Of a stretch of 32,029 nt of DNA, positions 1 to 9,498 are shown piece by piece. This DNA is from Candidatus Woesearchaeota archaeon (GTDB lineage Archaea; Nanobdellota; Nanobdellia; Woesearchaeales; B72-G16): the NCBI GenBank assembly GCA_003650545.1, contig QMQO01000014.1, positions 1-32,029 on the forward strand, given 5' to 3'. Every line of letters starts with the position of its first letter. Within the stretch, counting starts at the first letter, position 1. The position numbers and the translations under genes are program-made. The notes below the pieces were generated by a model that ran no database searches, had not been told where the DNA came from, and saw nothing but the letters and a program-made list of their open reading frames with translations.

Positions 1-30
1 ATAAAAAGGCAAATAAAAATTTTAACAAAA

Positions 31-564
31 ATGGAAGAATACAGCTATGAATTAAAAATACCAAAAGAGCGTATTGCGGTCCTCATTGGTAAAAAAGGGG
101 AAGTCAAAAAGGAAATAGAAGATGCAACAGACACTAAGCTAGAAATAGACTCAAAAGAAGGCGATGTCACAATTCATGGCAAAGATTCTCTGAAAATATT
201 CGATACAAAACTTATCATCCAAGCGATAGGTCGTGGTTTTAATCCGGACGTTGCTATGCAACTATTAAAAATAGATAATACATTTGAATTAATCGATATC
301 TCGGAATATGCAAAAACAAAAAAAGCGCTAATAAGGCTGCGCGGAAGGATAATTGGTAAAGGGGGTCGCTCACGAGCTAATCTGGAACGTTTAACAGATA
401 CAAGTATCTGCATCTACGGGAAAACAGCAGGTATTATTGGCAGAGCCGAAGACGTCCTAACAGCAAGAAAAGCTGTTGAAAGCTTGTTAAAAGGTAGTCC
501 ACATTCCGTGGTATATAAATGGCTTGAGAAGCAACACATGAAAAAAATAATTGGAGAAACATAA
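31..564 (+). CDS. KH-domain pre-rRNA processing protein (archaeal Dim2/Pno1 family)
   Basis: Two KH GxxG loops (VLIGKKG, RIIGKGG), AIGRGF motif, C-terminal GSPHSVVYKWL; lies just upstream of top6B as in the conserved archaeal cluster. Confidence 0.92.
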   Translation: MEEYSYELKIPKERIAVLIGKKGEVKKEIEDATDTKLEIDSKEGDVTIHGKDSLKIFDTKLIIQAIGRGFNPDVAMQLLKIDNTFELIDISEYAKTKKALIRLRGRIIGKGGRSRANLERLTDTSICIYGKTAGIIGRAEDVLTARKAVESLLKGSPHSVVYKWLEKQHMKKIIGET

Positions 565-598
565 ACTTTATTAACACAATACTTTCCAAGATGAAAAC

Positions 599-2263
599 AT
601 GGTTGAAAAAAAAATAACAAAAGAATCAGGACAAACAAAAGCGCATGAACTTGCAAAAAAGCAGCGAGAGATTGGAGTAGCTGAATTTTTTGCAAAAAAC
701 AGGCACCTTCTAGGATTCGATAATAAAAGAAAAGCATTGATGACAACAATAAAAGAAGCCGTTGATAATTCTTTAGATGCGTGTGAAGATGCGAAAGTGT
801 TGCCAGAAATAAGTGTAGAAGTAATTGATATGGGCAATGATCGCTTCCGCATTATTGTTGAAGACAATGGTCCCGGAATCCTTAAAAACCAAATTCCGAA
901 AATATTTGCAAAACTTCTTTATGGAAGCAAGTTTCATTCTTTAAAACAAAATCGAGGTCAACAGGGCATCGGTATCTCTGCTAGCGTAATGTATGCACAA
1001 CTTACTACAGGTAGACCTGCAAAAATAACATCGAAGATCGGCAAAAATAAGCCAGCCAATTACTATGAGTTGCACATAGATACACAAAAAAATGCCCCCG
1101 AGATTGTAAAAGAAGAAACGATTGAATGGGCAAAAGATCATGGAACCAAAATAGAGCTAGATATTGAAGCTACCTATCAAAAGGGTTCACAAAGCATCGA
1201 TGAGTATTTAAAACAGACCGCAATAGTAAATCCACATGCAACCATCATCTACACCAATCCCAGGGCTGAACAAATCATATTTCCGCGAGCAACCAACAAA
1301 CACCCTATCGAGTCAAAAGAGATCAAGCCACATCCATACGGAGTTGAACTAGGAATTCTAATTAAGATGCTTCAATGGTCCGAATCAAGAACATTGCAAA
1401 GCTTTCTCTCAAACGAATTCTCTAGAGTAAGCCCTGCTACCGCAAAACAGATCTGTGAAAATGCTGTCCTTCCAACAAATCTAAAACCCCAGCAACTTTC
1501 AAGGCAACAGGCAGAGCAACTTATAGAAGGTATCAAAAAGACAAAGATCATGGCCCCTCCAACAGACTGCATCAGTCCTATAGGTGCACAACAACTTGAG
1601 AAAGGTCTGAAAAAAGAGATTAATGCGGAATTCTTTGTATCAACAACAAGACCACCATCTGTTTATCGTGGCAACCCATTCGTAATAGAATGTGGTATTG
1701 CATACGGTGGTGAACTTCCTAAAGAAAACCAAGTTAAGGTTATGCGTTTTGCTAATAAAGTCCCCCTTTTGTTTCAACAAGGCGCCTGCGCAATCACCAA
1801 ATCTGTATCTACAACAAACTGGCGTTCCTATGGTTTAAGCCAGAGCCAGGGCAATCTTCCGATCGGTCCGGTTGTTATTTTAATTCATATGGCGTCTGTT
1901 TGGGTCCCTTTTACATCCGAAGCAAAGGAGGCTATTGCTCACTATCCTGAGATAATAAAAGAGATCAGATTAGCAATACAAGAATGTGGAAGAAAGCTAG
2001 CTAGTTATATCAGCAAGAAAAGGCGCGTTGGCGAAGAATTAAAGAAAAGGAGTTACATTGAAAAGTATATTCCTCATGTTGCAGAAGCGCTAACTGAGCT
2101 TCTCGAACTAAAAAAAACTGACGAACTAAATATTGAAAACTCACTTAAGAAATTACTTGAAAAAAAGCGAGGCAAGCTTGAGAAAGTCGAGATGGAAAAT
2201 ATTGAATATGATGAAGAATTTGCAAAGATAGGTAGAGAAAAAGAGGCTGAGTTAAATGAGTAA
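599..2263 (+). CDS. top6B: DNA topoisomerase VI subunit B
   Basis: GHKL ATPase motifs EAVDNSLDA, VEDNGPGI, RGQQGIG; KPHPYG; RFANKVPL; VPFTSEAKE. Confidence 0.98.
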   Translation: MVEKKITKESGQTKAHELAKKQREIGVAEFFAKNRHLLGFDNKRKALMTTIKEAVDNSLDACEDAKVLPEISVEVIDMGNDRFRIIVEDNGPGILKNQIPKIFAKLLYGSKFHSLKQNRGQQGIGISASVMYAQLTTGRPAKITSKIGKNKPANYYELHIDTQKNAPEIVKEETIEWAKDHGTKIELDIEATYQKGSQSIDEYLKQTAIVNPHATIIYTNPRAEQIIFPRATNKHPIESKEIKPHPYGVELGILIKMLQWSESRTLQSFLSNEFSRVSPATAKQICENAVLPTNLKPQQLSRQQAEQLIEGIKKTKIMAPPTDCISPIGAQQLEKGLKKEINAEFFVSTTRPPSVYRGNPFVIECGIAYGGELPKENQVKVMRFANKVPLLFQQGACAITKSVSTTNWRSYGLSQSQGNLPIGPVVILIHMASVWVPFTSEAKEAIAHYPEIIKEIRLAIQECGRKLASYISKKRRVGEELKKRSYIEKYIPHVAEALTELLELKKTDELNIENSLKKLLEKKRGKLEKVEMENIEYDEEFAKIGREKEAELNE

Positions 2264-3386
2264 GAGGAAAAAAGATACTAAAGAGAAGCTAGTCGCTTTA
2301 AGTGATCAAAGGGTTATGAAAGAAATTAAAAATATAGCAAATGAAATATATACTAAAATTATAAAGATAAAGGCCCCCGAAATAAGAATACCCCTTCGTT
2401 CTCTGACAAACGTTAGGTACGATCCAAAAGACGGATATTTTGAACTCCTAGGTAAGATGAAAGGTAGAACTTTAACAGCATCAACGATAAAAACCTTTGC
2501 CCAGAGTTTAAGAATGATGTCTTTAAGCAAAGAATTGATTACATCGAACGATACTGCAACAAAGAGGGAAGCATACTACATAAGTAAGAATTGGGGAGAT
2601 GCTAAATTCAAAGAACAGTCTGATTCTGATTCTGTTATGGATGATATAGAAGCTATGATGAGGGTTAATAGAGAGAAAATGGGTTTTGTACCGGGTGAGC
2701 ATGGTGGCGCTGTTGCAGGAAAACTAACCGTTATTGATAGAGACTTTGACACAGGTAAGGAAGTAAGAATAGACTGCACAAAATTTGGTTCGGGAGCATA
2801 CTCTGTTCCCAGCACTGTTGAACACCTAAAATTTGACACAAAAGCAAAATTCATTTTAGCTATTGAGACGCAAGGTATGTTCGAACGTTTAAATAAACAC
2901 AATTACTGGAAAAAAACCAATTGTATTCTTGTAAGTATGGGTGGAGTACCAACGAGAGCGTGTAGGAGGTTTATGAGAAAATTATCTGACGAGAAAAAGA
3001 TTCCAGTTTACGTTTTTACAGATGGTGACCCTTACGGTTGGCTAAACATCTACAGAACATTAAAAGTTGGTTCTGGTAACGCGGCTCATATAAACGAGTT
3101 CTTCTGTGTACCAAAAGCTAAGTTCTGGGGTATAACAGCAAAAGACATACTTGAGTATAAATTACCAACTCACCCACTAAAGGATGTCGATATCAAAAGG
3201 ATCAAGGATGGTATAAAGAACGATCCATTTGTTCAGCACCATAAACAATGGCAAAAATGTTTGAAAGATCTAATCAAGCTGAAGAAAAGGGCTGAGCAAC
3301 AGGCATTAGCCAAGCACGGTCTTAATTTTGTAATAAGTAACTATCTACCCGAAAAGTTGGAGAATCCTAAATTGTGGCTTCCTTAG
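2256..3386 (+). CDS. top6A: DNA topoisomerase VI subunit A
   Basis: Catalytic-Tyr region TKREAYY, TOPRIM acidic motifs (AIETQGMF, FTDGDPYG), RAEQQAL; overlaps the top6B stop. Confidence 0.97.
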   Translation: MSKRKKDTKEKLVALSDQRVMKEIKNIANEIYTKIIKIKAPEIRIPLRSLTNVRYDPKDGYFELLGKMKGRTLTASTIKTFAQSLRMMSLSKELITSNDTATKREAYYISKNWGDAKFKEQSDSDSVMDDIEAMMRVNREKMGFVPGEHGGAVAGKLTVIDRDFDTGKEVRIDCTKFGSGAYSVPSTVEHLKFDTKAKFILAIETQGMFERLNKHNYWKKTNCILVSMGGVPTRACRRFMRKLSDEKKIPVYVFTDGDPYGWLNIYRTLKVGSGNAAHINEFFCVPKAKFWGITAKDILEYKLPTHPLKDVDIKRIKDGIKNDPFVQHHKQWQKCLKDLIKLKKRAEQQALAKHGLNFVISNYLPEKLENPKLWLP

Positions 3387-3741
3387 ACCGGTAGTCCTCA
3401 ATAGCCTTCTTGAGCGCATCAACAGCTAATATGGAACAATGCATTTTCATAGAAGGCAAGCCACCTAATTCTTTTGCAACATCGTCTTTTGTGATCTTCA
3501 ACGCCTCCTCAATCGTCTTACCCTTAACCAAAGTAGTTAAAACTGAGCTTGTTGCAATTGCAGCCACACAGCCATAAGTTTCCCAAGATATATCCTTAAT
3601 CATACCATTTTCAACATAAACATACATTTTCATCACATCTCCACACGTTGGGTTACCCACTTCTCCTATCCCATTCGCGTTTTTTAATTTTCCTTGATTT
3701 TTTGGATGTTTAAAGTGCTTCATAACCCGCTCGGTATACAT
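3367..3741 (-). CDS. iscU: Fe-S cluster scaffold protein IscU/NifU-like
   Basis: HFKHPKN, GNPTCGD, YGCVAAIA and KMHCS carry the three conserved Cys; GGTGA ribosome-binding motif upstream. Confidence 0.96.
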   Translation of the reverse strand: MYTERVMKHFKHPKNQGKLKNANGIGEVGNPTCGDVMKMYVYVENGMIKDISWETYGCVAAIATSSVLTTLVKGKTIEEALKITKDDVAKELGGLPSMKMHCSILAVDALKKAIEDYRSKEATI

Positions 3742-3842
3742 AATTTCACCAAATATAATTCTAAATTTTTTTTAATTTAATACTTCTTTTCATTTTAATT
3801 GAGCGATTGTAAAATTAAAAAATTTGAAGATTTATTTCAAAC

Positions 3843-4997
3843 TTATATCTTCTTATATAACGGACTCATCTTCCGAAGATTAGCAACAACCTCTATCAAA
3901 TTCTCAATAAAATAGTCTATCTCTTTCTTTGTTGTAAACTTACTCAAGGTTATTCTGATCGAACCATGGCTTTCTTCTTTCTTGCGCCCCATCGCTAACA
4001 GAACGTGGCTTGGCTTTAAACTTTTAGAGCTGCATGCACTTCCTGTACTAACTGCTATTCCTTTCTCATCCAAAGCAAACAATATGGCTTCTCCTTCAAC
4101 ATTATCAATTGTAAAATGTGCGTTGTTACAAAGTCGATTATTTCGAGGCCCGTTTAAAGTAGTTTTAGGAATTTTTGATAAAACTTTCTCAATCAAATAA
4201 TCTCTTAGCTCTTTCATTCTTTCAACGTCCTTCTCACTAGAAATCTCAACAGCTTTAGCAAAGCCGACTATTCCCGGAATATTCTCTGTTCCAGCTCGTA
4301 AACCTCGTTCATGACCGCCGCCATGCATAAATGGACAAACAAACAATCTTTTTTTAACATATATAGCACCTACGCCTTTTGGACCATGAATTTTATGGCC
4401 ACTTAAACTTGCCAGATCTAAATTATATTTATTTACATCTATAGGAACTTTTGTAAAACTTTGAACAACATCTGAATGAAATATAAGATTCCTACCCTTA
4501 CATATACCCCCTATCTTCTCCAGATCTTGTATCGTACCAACTTCATTATTAGCGTGTATCACAGACACCATCGCTGTTTTAGATGATATTGATTTTTTTA
4601 GTTGCTCCAAATTAATAAAACCGTCTTTATCAACATCTAGATAAGTCACTTTAAAACCGTTCTGCTCCAAAAACTTGCACGAATTCAAAACAGCAGGGTG
4701 TTCTATTTTGGTTGTAATCACATGATTTTTACCTCTACATTTTTCACAAAGTAAAAGCCCCTTTAATGCAATATTATCGGATTCAGTACCGCCTGAAGTA
4801 AAAACAATCTCATCAGGCTCTGCGTTTATCTTTTTGGCCAAAACACTGCGTGCATTCTCTAATGCTTCTTTCGTCTCTCTTCCAAAAACATGCAAACTAC
4901 TTGCGTTACCGTATTTTTCACTAAAATAAGGCTTCATAGCCTCTACAACCACAGGGTCAACTTTTGTTGTTGCACCATTATCCAAATAGACCCTCAT
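3843..4997 (-). CDS. iscS: Cysteine desulfurase IscS/NifS (start reassigned to ATG 4997)
   Basis: YLDNGATT, FTSGGTES, PLP-lysine motif SGHKIHGPKG, catalytic loop STGSACSS; ATG 4997 has an AGAGG motif upstream and an ATGA overlap with the upstream gene's stop. Confidence 0.96.
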   Translation of the reverse strand: MRVYLDNGATTKVDPVVVEAMKPYFSEKYGNASSLHVFGRETKEALENARSVLAKKINAEPDEIVFTSGGTESDNIALKGLLLCEKCRGKNHVITTKIEHPAVLNSCKFLEQNGFKVTYLDVDKDGFINLEQLKKSISSKTAMVSVIHANNEVGTIQDLEKIGGICKGRNLIFHSDVVQSFTKVPIDVNKYNLDLASLSGHKIHGPKGVGAIYVKKRLFVCPFMHGGGHERGLRAGTENIPGIVGFAKAVEISSEKDVERMKELRDYLIEKVLSKIPKTTLNGPRNNRLCNNAHFTIDNVEGEAILFALDEKGIAVSTGSACSSKSLKPSHVLLAMGRKKEESHGSIRITLSKFTTKKEIDYFIENLIEVVANLRKMSPLYKKI

Positions 4998-5362
4998 GTT
5001 TCTAACCTCTCTAAACAAACCTTACATTTCTCTGGAAGATCTTTAACATCATTTTTATGAATCTTACATACGATCTTTTTAATAGCACTTAATCTCATAA
5101 GCCTATTCATCTCACACATATATTTACCACCCTCCTTCAAAATCGCTCTTGCTGTTTTTTCAATTTCCATCTTGATATCTTTTGAGAACTGAACTTCTGT
5201 CGCACGTTTACCTTTCATGTATTGGCTAACTGCAGCTTCTGTTATACCCATTATTTTTGCAATTTCTCTTTGAGTGGCGCCATTGACAATCATAGCCTTA
5301 GCTAGCTCTTTTCTAATTGCTGGTAATACAAACCAAACCTCGATTTCCTGTGGCATCCTCAT
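4994..5362 (-). CDS. XRE-like HTH transcriptional regulator with C-terminal CxxH...CxxC motif
   Basis: PQEIEVWFVLPAIR N-terminus, HTH TQREIAKIMGITEAAVSQY, C-terminus CKIH-x10-CKVC; first gene of the iscS-iscU operon. Confidence 0.88.
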   Translation of the reverse strand: MRMPQEIEVWFVLPAIRKELAKAMIVNGATQREIAKIMGITEAAVSQYMKGKRATEVQFSKDIKMEIEKTARAILKEGGKYMCEMNRLMRLSAIKKIVCKIHKNDVKDLPEKCKVCLERLET

Positions 5363-5387
5363 TTTTTTTGCATCCTAATTTTAATAG

Positions 5388-5405
5388 ACTTAACAATAGT
5401 TAAGT
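5388..5405. promoter_or_regulatory. Palindromic putative operator ACTTAAC-N4-GTTAAGT
   Basis: Perfect 7-4-7 inverted repeat about 15 nt downstream of a minus-strand TATA box, covering the expected transcription start of the HTH-iscS-iscU operon. Confidence 0.65.
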
Positions 5406-5419
5406 TGAACTCTTTAGTA

Positions 5420-5434
5420 TATTTAAATCTTTTG
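5420..5434 (-). promoter_or_regulatory. BRE/TATA promoter of the HTH-iscS-iscU operon
   Basis: Minus strand reads CAAAAGA-TTTAAATA. Confidence 0.6.
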
Positions 5435-5561
5435 AATTGGATTACAAATCTGAAAATTGTCCGACACCTTACAGTGGCTACAAAAATCTCTTTATAAATA
5501 GAAGCATTTATAAATGACCTATATTCCTTATAATCTAAATCGATTTTTGGGGGAGAATAAT

Positions 5562-6128
5562 ATGGCTGAAACAAAAAAAATAACTGTTGTTAATATCGTC
5601 GTTAGTACCTCTCTTGAGCACGACATTCCGTTAGAAAAGATGGCTGCAACGCTTAGTAATACTGAATATAATCCTGAACAATTCCCTGGTCTAGTGATTC
5701 GCATTAAAGATCCAAAAACATCAGCTTTAATCTTTAGCTCTGGTAAGGTAGTATGTACAGGTGCTCGTAACATCCAAGCTGTACATGACAGCATAAAGAA
5801 AATCATCAAGAGCCTTGAAAAAATTGGCATAAAGATCACAATAAAGCCTAAGATCACAATTCAGAATATCGTTGCAGCTGGTATGATCGGTATGGACCTC
5901 AACTTAAACGTGCTTGCTATGAAGCTTAAAAACACAGAATATGAGCCGGAACAGTTCCCTGGTTTAGTTTATAAGTTAAACATCGCAGGAAAGAAAGAAA
6001 ATTATAAAGCAACATTCTTACTCTTCAGCAACGGTAAAATAGTTTGTACTGGAACTAAAAGCGAGGAACAAGTCAAAGAAGCAGTGGACAAGCTTATTAT
6101 TAATTTAAAGAAAGTTAAACAGAAATAG
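5562..6128 (+). CDS. tbp: TATA-box binding protein (start reassigned to ATG 5562)
   Basis: Two repeats NIVV/NIVA...EYNPEQFPGLV / EYEPEQFPGLV...FSSGKVVCTG / FSNGKIVCTG; GGGGGAG motif upstream of 5562. Confidence 0.97.
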   Translation: MAETKKITVVNIVVSTSLEHDIPLEKMAATLSNTEYNPEQFPGLVIRIKDPKTSALIFSSGKVVCTGARNIQAVHDSIKKIIKSLEKIGIKITIKPKITIQNIVAAGMIGMDLNLNVLAMKLKNTEYEPEQFPGLVYKLNIAGKKENYKATFLLFSNGKIVCTGTKSEEQVKEAVDKLIINLKKVKQK

Positions 6129-6173
6129 TTTTTTCTTTTTATTCAAATAAATTCTATTAAAAAGGGGGATTTT

Positions 6174-9100
6174 ATGGAAGCTACAGAACAAATAAACATA
6201 TTTCGCGAATTTTTTGATACTCATTATTATGCAGAACTTCTTGAAAATATTCGAAAAGGAAAGAATTTTATTATTGTCGATTTTGGCAAGTTAGCTAAAT
6301 TTAATCCTGAATTGGCAGAAAATTTGCTAGATCATCCAGAAGAAGTCACTAAAGCAGCAGAGCTAGCAATAGAGCAGTTCGATCTTCCACAAGAAACACA
6401 CAACTTCAGAATTCGCTTTTTTAATCTGCCAGAATCACAAAAAATCATGATACGAAATATTAGAAGTAAACATATTGGAAAACTTTTATGGATGGAAGGT
6501 ACTGTTCGTCAAAAATCTGATGTGAGGCCACAAGTCACAAATGCGCGTTTCGAATGTCCTAGCTGCGGCAACATAATTGCAGTACTACAACTTGATAAAA
6601 AATTTCGCGAACCCTCAACATGCGGATGTGGTCGCAAAGGTAAATTCCGCTTGCTTTCAAAGGAGTTAATAGATGCACAAGGCCTCACAATAGAAGAAGC
6701 TCCAGAAGATCTAGAAGGTGGTGAACAACCAAAAAGAATTCAGGTGTTGCTTAAGGAAGATCTAGTTAGTCCTATAACCGAAAAAAAAACAAACCCTGGA
6801 AGTAAAATTAGACTTATTGGTATAATAAAAGAAGTTCCTATATCTGCACGCGATGGAGGCCAGCTTACTAGATTTGACTTAATTATCGAAGGCAACAATA
6901 TCGAAGCCGTACAAGAAGATTTCACGCAGATAGAGATAACAGACGAAGAAGTGCAAGAACTACTAAAAATTTCAAAAGATCCAAAACTTTATGAAAACTT
7001 GATCGAATCTATTGCCCCCTCAATCTATGGTCTTGAACGAATTAAAGAAGCTTTGCTTTTACAAATGGTTGGCGGTGTTAGAAAAGTCAGAAGTGATGGT
7101 GTTGTAACCCGTGGTGACATGCACATACTGCTAATGGGAGACCCTGGTGCAGCTAAATCCCAGATGTTAAAAAGGGTAGCAGACGTTGCGCCAAAAGCTC
7201 GCTTTGTCTCAGGTAAAGGCGCTTCTGGCGCAGGTTTAACAGCGGCAGTTGTTCGCGATGAATTCATCTCTGGTTGGAGTCTTGAAGCTGGTGCCCTTGT
7301 ACTAGCTAATAAAGGGATTTGTTGCACTACAGAAGATTCCGAGTTTATTTTAGAAAATGGAAAGAAAATATCATTTAAAAAGTTATTTGAATCTGAAATG
7401 AGATCTATAATTTATCCAAAATTCAAAATTCTTGCTCTCAACAATAAAACACTTAAAATTGAGCCATTCGAAATAAAAAAAGCTTTCAAAATTAAAAATA
7501 ATAAAAAAGTATATAAGATTCGAACGAGAACTGGTAGAGAGCTCAATTTAACAGAGGACAATGAAGTTTTAGTTTGCCAAAACTCGAAATTGATCTGGAA
7601 ACCTATCAGGCAGGTTAATAAAGGATCATATATTGCGGTTCCAAAAAAGATCACAATAAATAAAACAGATTCGTACTCTAAAGAGTTTGCTTATATGTGC
7701 GGACTAGTTGCATCTGAAAATCATATGAAAATTAATTCTAAAAATATACAAGCTGGCAATATATCGACAAATAAAAAGACGAAAATAGATATAATCAAAG
7801 ATAAAAAAAACGCTTCAAAGAAAAGCATATATGATGCTCTCGATTCAAAAGATTTCGCTAAAAAACTTATTTTATTTGGCATTCAAACAGAGAATATATC
7901 TACAAAATCTTTACTTGACAATAAGATTCTGACATATTCTGATGAAACAATCTCAAGTTTCTTAAAAGGAATATTCGATGGAGGAAGCTTTATTAACCTA
8001 AATCCTCTTAAAATAACTCTTGTTGCGAAAGTAGAAAAAAATGCTAGATTGTTTCAAGAACTTCTGGTTAGGCTAGGGATCATTTCGTCTGTTAAGAGAT
8101 CTGCTAAGTCATGGTATTGTGAAATCAGAGGTGCAACAAATTGCCTGAAATTCTTTAAAAAAATCGGCACAAACAATGACAACAAGTTTAAAAAACTTAC
8201 AAAAATAAATCTCAAAGAAGTTAAAGAAGGAATAGATGTTTTACCAGAACATCAAAGATTCTTTAAAGAAATAATTAAAAAACATTGTAAGAAATTAGGA
8301 AAAGCGAAACAGAGATATTTTTGGAATCGTGCTAAAAAAGGTATGGCCTTTTCTAAATATGAGCTTGCACAATTAAATAAATTGTTAGAAGATGGGTATA
8401 TAGCTAAGCATGTTGAAAGCGATATACTTTGGGATAAAATAGCATCAATTAGAGAAATCAAAGCAGAATATGTATATGATTTTACTATGAAAAAAACAAA
8501 CAATTTTATTGCAAATAACATCATAATGCATAATTGTATAGACGAAATTGACAAAATGTCTCAAGAGGATACTAGTGCTATGCATGAAGCGTTAGAAGGA
8601 CAAACTGTAACTATCAGTAAGGCAAATATCCAAGCAACATTGAGAGCAGAGACAACAGTGCTTGCTGCAGCCAACCCCAAATTCGGTAGATTTGATCCAT
8701 ATGACATTCCCGCCAAGCAAATTAATCTTCCTCCAACACTAATAAACAGATTTGATCTACTTTTTCCGATAAAGGATACACCTGATGAAGTTAAAGACAG
8801 AAAGCTTGCAACCCATATTTTAGCATTACATCAAGATCCTAAAATGGACGAACCCAAAATTAGCACAAAACTTCTACGGAAATATATAATCTATGCAAAA
8901 CAAAATGTATTTCCAAAATTAACAGATGCTGCTATTGAAGAAATTAAGAATTATTATGTAGAAATCCGCAACAAAGAAACTGGTGAAGCTGGTCTTAAAT
9001 CCGTTCCACTTACTGCAAGACAACTCGAAGCTTTGGTTAGAATGACAGAAGCAAATGCTAGGTTGCGTCTTTCACAGGAAGCAACAAGACAAGATGCTAA

Positions 9101-9404
9101 ACGCGCAATTGATCTGTTACACTACTGTCTAAGTAACATCGGTATCGACCCTGAAACTGGTAAGTTTGATATAGATCGTATTTCTACTGGAATCACAACA
9201 AGCGAGAGAAGTAAATTAGTTGTTGTTCGTGAGATCATAAACGAACTGGAAAATAAAATTGGAAAAACCATTCCAATCGAAGATGTCGTTGAGGCTGCTG
9301 CGGCCCAGGGTGTAGAAGAGAGTCAAGTGGAAGAAGCTATTGAAAAGCTAAAACGTTCAGGAGACATTTTTGAGCCTAGGAGGGGGTTCTTAAGTAAGAT
9401 TTAA
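6174..9404 (+). CDS. mcm: Replicative helicase MCM, intein-containing precursor (1076 aa; 672 aa after splicing)
   Basis: Zn finger CPSC...CGC, Walker A GDPGAAKSQ, GLTAAV, Walker B CIDEIDKM, AAANP, NRFD, TARQLEAL, C-terminal winged helix. Confidence 0.98.
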   Translation: MEATEQINIFREFFDTHYYAELLENIRKGKNFIIVDFGKLAKFNPELAENLLDHPEEVTKAAELAIEQFDLPQETHNFRIRFFNLPESQKIMIRNIRSKHIGKLLWMEGTVRQKSDVRPQVTNARFECPSCGNIIAVLQLDKKFREPSTCGCGRKGKFRLLSKELIDAQGLTIEEAPEDLEGGEQPKRIQVLLKEDLVSPITEKKTNPGSKIRLIGIIKEVPISARDGGQLTRFDLIIEGNNIEAVQEDFTQIEITDEEVQELLKISKDPKLYENLIESIAPSIYGLERIKEALLLQMVGGVRKVRSDGVVTRGDMHILLMGDPGAAKSQMLKRVADVAPKARFVSGKGASGAGLTAAVVRDEFISGWSLEAGALVLANKGICCTTEDSEFILENGKKISFKKLFESEMRSIIYPKFKILALNNKTLKIEPFEIKKAFKIKNNKKVYKIRTRTGRELNLTEDNEVLVCQNSKLIWKPIRQVNKGSYIAVPKKITINKTDSYSKEFAYMCGLVASENHMKINSKNIQAGNISTNKKTKIDIIKDKKNASKKSIYDALDSKDFAKKLILFGIQTENISTKSLLDNKILTYSDETISSFLKGIFDGGSFINLNPLKITLVAKVEKNARLFQELLVRLGIISSVKRSAKSWYCEIRGATNCLKFFKKIGTNNDNKFKKLTKINLKEVKEGIDVLPEHQRFFKEIIKKHCKKLGKAKQRYFWNRAKKGMAFSKYELAQLNKLLEDGYIAKHVESDILWDKIASIREIKAEYVYDFTMKKTNNFIANNIIMHNCIDEIDKMSQEDTSAMHEALEGQTVTISKANIQATLRAETTVLAAANPKFGRFDPYDIPAKQINLPPTLINRFDLLFPIKDTPDEVKDRKLATHILALHQDPKMDEPKISTKLLRKYIIYAKQNVFPKLTDAAIEEIKNYYVEIRNKETGEAGLKSVPLTARQLEALVRMTEANARLRLSQEATRQDAKRAIDLLHYCLSNIGIDPETGKFDIDRISTGITTSERSKLVVVREIINELENKIGKTIPIEDVVEAAAAQGVEESQVEEAIEKLKRSGDIFEPRRGFLSKI
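7323..8534 (+). mobile_element. Intein (404 aa) in MCM with LAGLIDADG-type endonuclease remnant
   Basis: In-frame insert starts Cys (CTTEDS), ends VYDFTM...NNFIANNIIMHN and is followed by Cys+1; removal restores ANKGIC-CIDEIDKM; internal GLVASENH, FLKGIFDGGS and LLVRLGIIS blocks. Confidence 0.95.
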
Positions 9405-9406
9405 AA

Positions 9407-9432
9407 AAAATTTCATACAAAATTTCATACAA
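9407..9432 (+). repeat. Tandem 12-bp direct repeat AAAATTTCATAC x2
   Basis: Read directly, just after the mcm stop in the convergent mcm/pcn intergenic region. Confidence 0.7.
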
Positions 9433-9498
9433 CAAAACCGTTATAAGCCAAGAATTCTTAAATTTCTATACTAACTTTAGGGTTTTCAGACCAAGCAA

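Noticed and set aside
5359..5574. 71-aa minus-strand ORF between the HTH gene and tbp
   Set aside because: Spans the divergent promoter/operator region and overlaps the tbp start; no recognisable motif
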